A program made the translations under genes and the position numbers. A stretch of 64,000 bases of DNA, taken from NCBI RefSeq assembly GCF_009914755.1, contig NC_060932.1; one strand, given 5' to 3'. Below the pieces are notes generated by a model that was given only the letters and a program-made list of their open reading frames with translations, ran no database searches and was not told the origin of the DNA. Origin of the DNA: the human T2T-CHM13v2.0 reference genome, Homo sapiens. Of this stretch, positions 58,333-64,000 are shown piece after piece (the first letter of the stretch is position 1; each line of letters starts with the position of its first letter).

Positions 58333-58637
58333 TTTTTTTTTTTTTTTTTTTTTTATGAGATGGAATATTGCTCTGTCACCCAGGCTGGAGTGCAGTGGCC
58401 TGAACTTGGCTCACTGCAACTTCTGCCTCTCGAGTTCAAGCGATTCTCCTGCCTCAGCCTCTGAGTAGTGGGGACTACAGGCATGTGCCACCATGCCCAG
58501 CTAATTTTTGTATTTTTAATAGAGATAGAGTTTTGCCAAATTGGCCAGGCCAGTCTCAAACTCCTGACCTCTGGTGATCTGCTTGCCTTGGCCTCCCAAA
58601 GTGCTGGGATTGCAGGTGAGAGCCACCGTGCCCAGCT
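58333..58637 (-). mobile_element. Alu (AluS-like)
   Basis: Long T tail, full dimer. Confidence 0.94.
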
Positions 58638-58779
58638 GATCAACTCTCTTTAGCAACCTAAAATCTTCCTAGAGGCAGGGGATGCTTGGTGCTGGAAGGA
58701 TGCAGCAAGTTCATGTCCACAGGAAATGGAATGCTTTATACACCGAGGAGACCAAGAACAAACACCAAGTTTGAAGTCA

Positions 58780-59371
58780 TGTGAAAGGAAATTAAATCTT
58801 GAGACCCCAAACTCACTTAGCCAAAGGGAAAAGTCAAGCTGCGAACTGAGTCACGCAAAGCTGCCTTCCCCTTTTAGTTCCTAAATAAAATGGCTATGAG
58901 ATGAAAAGCTACACACCTCCCTCATATTTTGCCCAAAAGGAAATTCCTAGTGATCTGTTAAAGTTCACCATGGCAACGTAAATCGATAACTTATCTTTAC
59001 AGGTGCAGTCACCTTGGCCCACCAGACACAAATGCATATCTGATTGTTCCCCTTCCCCATTTGGTCTATTTTTATTTTATGTAAAATGCAGATTCTCTGC
59101 ATTTTTCCTCCGCAACATTTGTTTATGTTATCTTATGTAAAAAATGCAGATTCACTGAGCCAAAGGCATGAATAACTATTTCTTCCTGCCCCCCGCTTAC
59201 ATGAAAATTTTGTACTTCTCTATTTCCTGCCCTTTCCCCTTTACATTTGGAGCCCTCAAAATCGTCTTCCGAGAAAGGCATAGACTTGTCTCTTGGGTGT
59301 GTCCTTAACTTTGGCAAATATGTCTCCTAAAATGATTGAGACTTGTCTCGTAATTTTTTTCTTGACTGACA
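58780..59371 (+). mobile_element. MER4A-like (ERV1) solo LTR
   Basis: tgtgaaaggaaattaaatcttgagaccccaaactcac...ttgactgaca. 4-bp TSD gtca. Confidence 0.87.
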
Positions 59372-59615
59372 GTCAGAAGCGGGAGCAATGATAGGATCTA
59401 AAAGGTGAGGCAAGAATTCAAAGATGAGATACTGGCAGGTACAGGTTAGACCAAGAAAGGGAGAGGAGAGATCCTGGGTTGGACAGTTGTCTCAGAATAT
59501 GGGTTAATCAGTACTGACCTCAGTGTGGATTCTCACCTGTGTCAGGATAGACTAAGGGCTGAGGCAGGGGTCATATTAGCTTGGTCCCAATCAAGTATTC
59601 CAATTCTACCTTAAA

Positions 59616-60134
59616 TGTTACAGGAAAGGGTCCTGATCCAGACCCCAGGAGAGGGTTCTTGGATTTCACGCAAGAAAGAATTCAGGGCCAGTCCGCAGTG
59701 CAAAGCAAAAGCAAATTATTAAGAAAGTAAAGTGGTGAAAGGACAGCTGCTCCATAGACAGAGTAGGATGTTCCTGAAAGTAAGAGGAGGAATGTGTCCA
59801 CCCTAGGTACAATACTCTTATATATGGGGAGATGTGTTCTGCTACAAGGGTTTGTGATAAAGGCTTAATGTTCTTAATTACTATATTTTGCAAGAATCAA
59901 TATTATTATCTTTAAAGCAAAATTAGGAATGTGTTTGTTCTCCAAATATTGGGATATCTGGACACTCCCAAGTCTGGGTCTGTTTTAGTAAATATTATTA
60001 ATTTGTTCCCTTAACCATAAACATCTAGAGGCTAGGAATGTTTAATTTTCTGGGAATGCAACCCAGCAAGTCTCAGCCTTATTTTCCTAGCCCTCACTCA
60101 AAATGGAGTTGCTCTGGTTTGAAGTCCTCTGACA
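59616..60134 (-). mobile_element. MER41-family (ERV1) solo LTR
   Basis: Reverse complement begins tgtcagagg...aaccagagcaactccattttg and is homologous to the 20557 copy. 4-bp TSD taaa. Confidence 0.88.
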
Positions 60135-60444
60135 TAAATATTTAAAGAGTAATTTCACCAGCACTGTATACCACTTCCTACAAAGAGAAGTTAAAGATTC
60201 ATTAAGTTACATATATTATCTGGGGATTTGTGAAATATAATTTTCTTAGTCCATCTCTTGCTACCCTTCATCAGTAAAGACATAAAACATGATATCATTG
60301 AAATATACAAGATAATTTTTATTTTAATTTTGCCTCTTGCCTTGTGGTTCATATTAGGAAATTTATTATAGCCTTGGGCTTTTGCTCTTCTCCTATGGCT
60401 CTCGAGTGTTCCCCTCTCCACCACACACATTCCTTTTGTATTCC

Positions 60445-60655
60445 CAGTGGTTTTCAAAGTGCATTCAGTGCTATCACCTAATGGAAGTTCCTAGAAATGC
60501 TATCACCTGCATTTCTAGGAATTTCTTAGAAATGCAAATACTCAAGCCCCACCTCAAATCTTCTGAATAAGAAACTCTGTGGGTATCCGCAATCTGCGTT
60601 TTAACAAGCTTACCAGGTGATTGTGTGGTATAATCAGGTTTGATAATTGCTAGTT
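60445..60655. mobile_element. MER5A-like element with an internal fold-back duplication
   Basis: cagtggttttcaaagtg...ttagaaatgcaaatactcaagccccacc...gcaatctgcgttttaacaagc..ccaggtgatt. Confidence 0.8.
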
Positions 60656-61037
60656 TAGAACAAGAGTCCTTCAATATTTTTGTGAGGAGAAACTACAATG
60701 AAATTTTAGATGGAAAGCAGAGAGGGGCTTTTCATTTAACATTCTGGCAATCCCATGAGACAAGTATGTTTATTCTCAACTTATAGCTGAGGAAACAGAG
60801 GCCAGCCCAGAATAGTAAAGCAATTGTCCCAGCTTTTAACAGCTGAAGCTGGGATTTCAACCAAAGTATGCTATCCTCAGAGGAGAGAGGGAAGGCAAGG
60901 AGGACAGAGAGAAATATGGATGTATGTGTTTCTGTGTGTGTGTCTGTGTGTGTATCAAGGAGAAAGGAAGAAGATCTGTGTACTAATATGGCTAAGGTCC
61001 TGGCCCCTACCTCACACCATATACAAAAATTAACTCA

Positions 61038-61329
<292 letters not shown>

Positions 61330-61657
61330 TTAATTCAGAATGAATCTAAAATTATAAAACTCTTGGAAGGAAATAAATATAGGGGTAAGTCTTTGTGACC
61401 TTGGATTAGGCAATGGTTTCTTGGATATGACACAAAAAACACAAGCAACAAAATAAAAAATAAATTGAATTTCATCAAAATTAAAAATGTTGTGCTGCAA
61501 ACAATGTTATTAAGATAGTAAAATTAGCCCACAGAGTGGGGAAAATATTTTAAAACATATATCTGATATATGATATGATAAGGAACTTGTATCTGGAATA
61601 CATGAAGAATTCCTACTATTCAACAATAAGAAACAAATAACTCATTTAAAAAATGGG

Positions 61658-61956
61658 GGCTGGGTTTGGTGGCTCATGCCTGTAATCCCAGCATTTTGGG
61701 AGGCTGAGGTGGGTGCATCACTTGAGGTCAGGAGTTTGAGACCAGCCTGGCCCACATTGCGAAACCCTGGCTCTATGAAAAATACAAAAATTAGCCAGGC
61801 GTGGTGGTGCACGCCTGTAATCCCAGCTTCTCAGGAGGGCTGAGGCCCAAGAATCACTTGAACCTGGGAGGTGCAGATTATAGTGAGCCAAGATTGCACC
61901 ACTGCACTCCAGCCTGGGCAACATAGTGAGACCCTGTCTCAAAAAAAAGAAAAAAA
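61658..61956 (+). mobile_element. Alu (AluS-like)
   Basis: Full dimer with A tail inside the L1. Confidence 0.94.
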
Positions 61957-62301
61957 GGCAAAAGATTTGAATAGACATTTCTTCAAAGAAGATATACAAA
62001 TGGCTAATAAGCACTTAAAAAGATGCCCAACATCAATACTCAGTAGGAAAATGTATATGCAACCTACAATATAATATCACTTCACACCCAGTAGGGTGAA
62101 TGAAATAAAAATGATGGATAATAATAAGTGTTGGTGAGGATAAGCAGAAATGAGAAGCCTCATACATTGCTGGTAAGAATGTAAAATGATACAGAACTTT
62201 GAAAAACAGTTTGGCAGTTTTTCAAAATGTTAAATATAGAGTTACTATTTGACCCAGCAATTCTACTCCTAGATATATACCCAAGAGAAGGGAAAACATT
62301 T

Positions 62302-63307
62302 TTGAAACTAAAAATAAAATCCTAAGCCCCTCACTGACTGAATGGACTCCCTTTTGGCCAATGGGACCCCAGAAAAACCCTAATAACTGAATTCCTGGCC
62401 ATGATCGGAAGGGAGGCCAGACATAACTCATTTTATCCCCTCCCTCCACTTTTTTTTGGAGACAGGTCCTTGCTCTGTTGCCCAGCACATGGCTAACTGC
62501 AGCCTCAACCTCCTAGGCTCAAGCAATCCTCCCATTTCAGCCTCCTGAGTTGCTGGAACCACAAGTGTGTGCCATCATGCAAGGCTAATTTTTTAATTTT
62601 TAATTTTTATAGCTACTGGGGTCTCCTCTATTGCCCAGGCTGGTTTTGAACTCCTGAGCTCAAGCAGTCCTCCTGCCTTGCCACCACACTTGGCCTATCC
62701 CCTTTCTTGTGGAGTTTAGGCACAACAACAGACCACAGGGTCAGAACCTTAGCTGTATTAACACATAGACCTTTCTTTCTCCTTGATAGACACACACACA
62801 CACACACACACACACACATTAATGTTAAAGAAATCCTAATTTGAACAAAACTGACTCTGTGGCAATAAGGAATGAAATTATAAATAAAACCTAGGGCCAT
62901 GTGAGACAGGGATTAAGTCACGCCTGCAGGCCAATAATCTTGCTACGTAGCCTCCTTCTCTGAATTTAAAATATTCCTTTCTTTTGACTCCAAGTTTTAC
63001 AGAGAGCCTTGCTCCTTTAACCAATTGAAAATTAAAGAATCTTGGAATACACTTATAACCTGTAAGCTCCCCCTCAAGATAGCCCATCTTTTTGAGCCAA
63101 ACCCATGTATACCTTCCATGTGTTGATCTATGTCTTTGCCTGTAATTCCTGCCTCCCTACACTGTATTAAACCAAACTGTAATCTGATAGCTGCAGGTAC
63201 ACTTTCTCAGGACTTCTGGAGACTGTGTTTTCCCTGGCAAAAGTCACTCACATTGGCTCAAAATAAACCTCTTTAAAATATTTTGGAGTCTGGTTTTTCT
63301 GTTAACA
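62302..63307 (+). mobile_element. MER4D/E-like (ERV1) LTR inserted in an L1, itself carrying an Alu fragment and an ~80-bp insert
   Basis: aaactaaaaataaaatcctaagcccc...actgaatggactcc start, aataaacctctttaaaatatttt...gttaaca end. Confidence 0.8.
62449..62695 (-). mobile_element. Alu (AluJ-like), internally deleted
   Basis: Minus-strand Alu inside the MER4 LTR. Confidence 0.88.
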
Positions 63308-64000
63308 ATATTTCCAAACATAAACTTTTAATATGAGTGTTCATGGTACTGTGATTCAAAACAGCCAAGGTGGAAACAACCCAAATTCCCACCAGCTGAT
63401 AAATGGGCCAAGAAATGTGGTATATCCATAAAATGGAATATTATATGGAAATAAAAAGCAATGAAACACTGATATGTGTTACAAAATGGATGAACCTTAA
63501 ACAAAGTATGCTAAGTGAAAGAAGCCAGACAGCAAAGGCTGCATATTGTATGATTTCATTTACATGAAATGTCCAGAATAGGCAAATCCAAAGAGATAGA
63601 AAACAGATGATGGTTGCCAGAGGTTGAGGGGGAAGGGGGGAAAAGAGTAATTGCTAATGGGTATGGGCTTTCTTTTTGGGGTGATAAAAATGTTCTAAAA
63701 TTAGATAGTGATAATGGTTGCATGATTTTGTGAAAATACTTAAGACCATTTAATTGTATACTTTTAAAGGGTGAATTTTATGGTGTGTTATATCTCAATA
63801 AATCTGTGACAAAAAATATAGTTGAGGTCTTGTGATGTAAAAGGGCAGAGCAGGAATAGTTCCTTTATCAGGCATGCTCACCTTCCAAGAGAGATCCCTT
63901 TGGAATCACAAGGAAGAGGAGTAACTTAGAAAAACTTTGAGATATGTTACTAGATTCCATTATATTGCTTGGAGACCTCTGCCCTAAAATACTCGTGTCC

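Overview
Primate (most likely human or great-ape) intergenic DNA with no intact protein-coding gene. Most of the window is interspersed repeat: about 30 Alu/FLAM/FRAM copies, a near full-length decayed L1PB-type LINE (44931-51490, minus), older L1M/L2/MIR fragments, MaLR LTRs and two partial proviruses (THE1, MST, MLT1), ERV1 solo LTRs (two MER41, two MER4-type) and DNA-transposon relics (MER5A, MER20, MER58A, MADE1). Two cellular-RNA retrocopies are present: a disabled, intronless VENTX homeobox processed pseudogene (16462-18419, minus) inserted into an L2, and a 7SL (SRP RNA) pseudogene (11064-11365, plus). From memory this pairing fits the human 8p12 VENTXP5 region, which I cannot verify here. 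I see no convincing new biological system. The best second-look items are: an NA88-A tumour-antigen-like peptide in the pseudogene 3' UTR; a three-copy ~100-bp repeat whose two internal dyads show compensatory changes; several template-switch or fold-back scars, one of which creates three STAT/BCL6-type sites; and a MADE1 hairpin with mirrored arm mutations. Repeat subfamily names were assigned by eye from remembered consensus sequences, and boundaries without target-site duplications (TSDs) are approximate.
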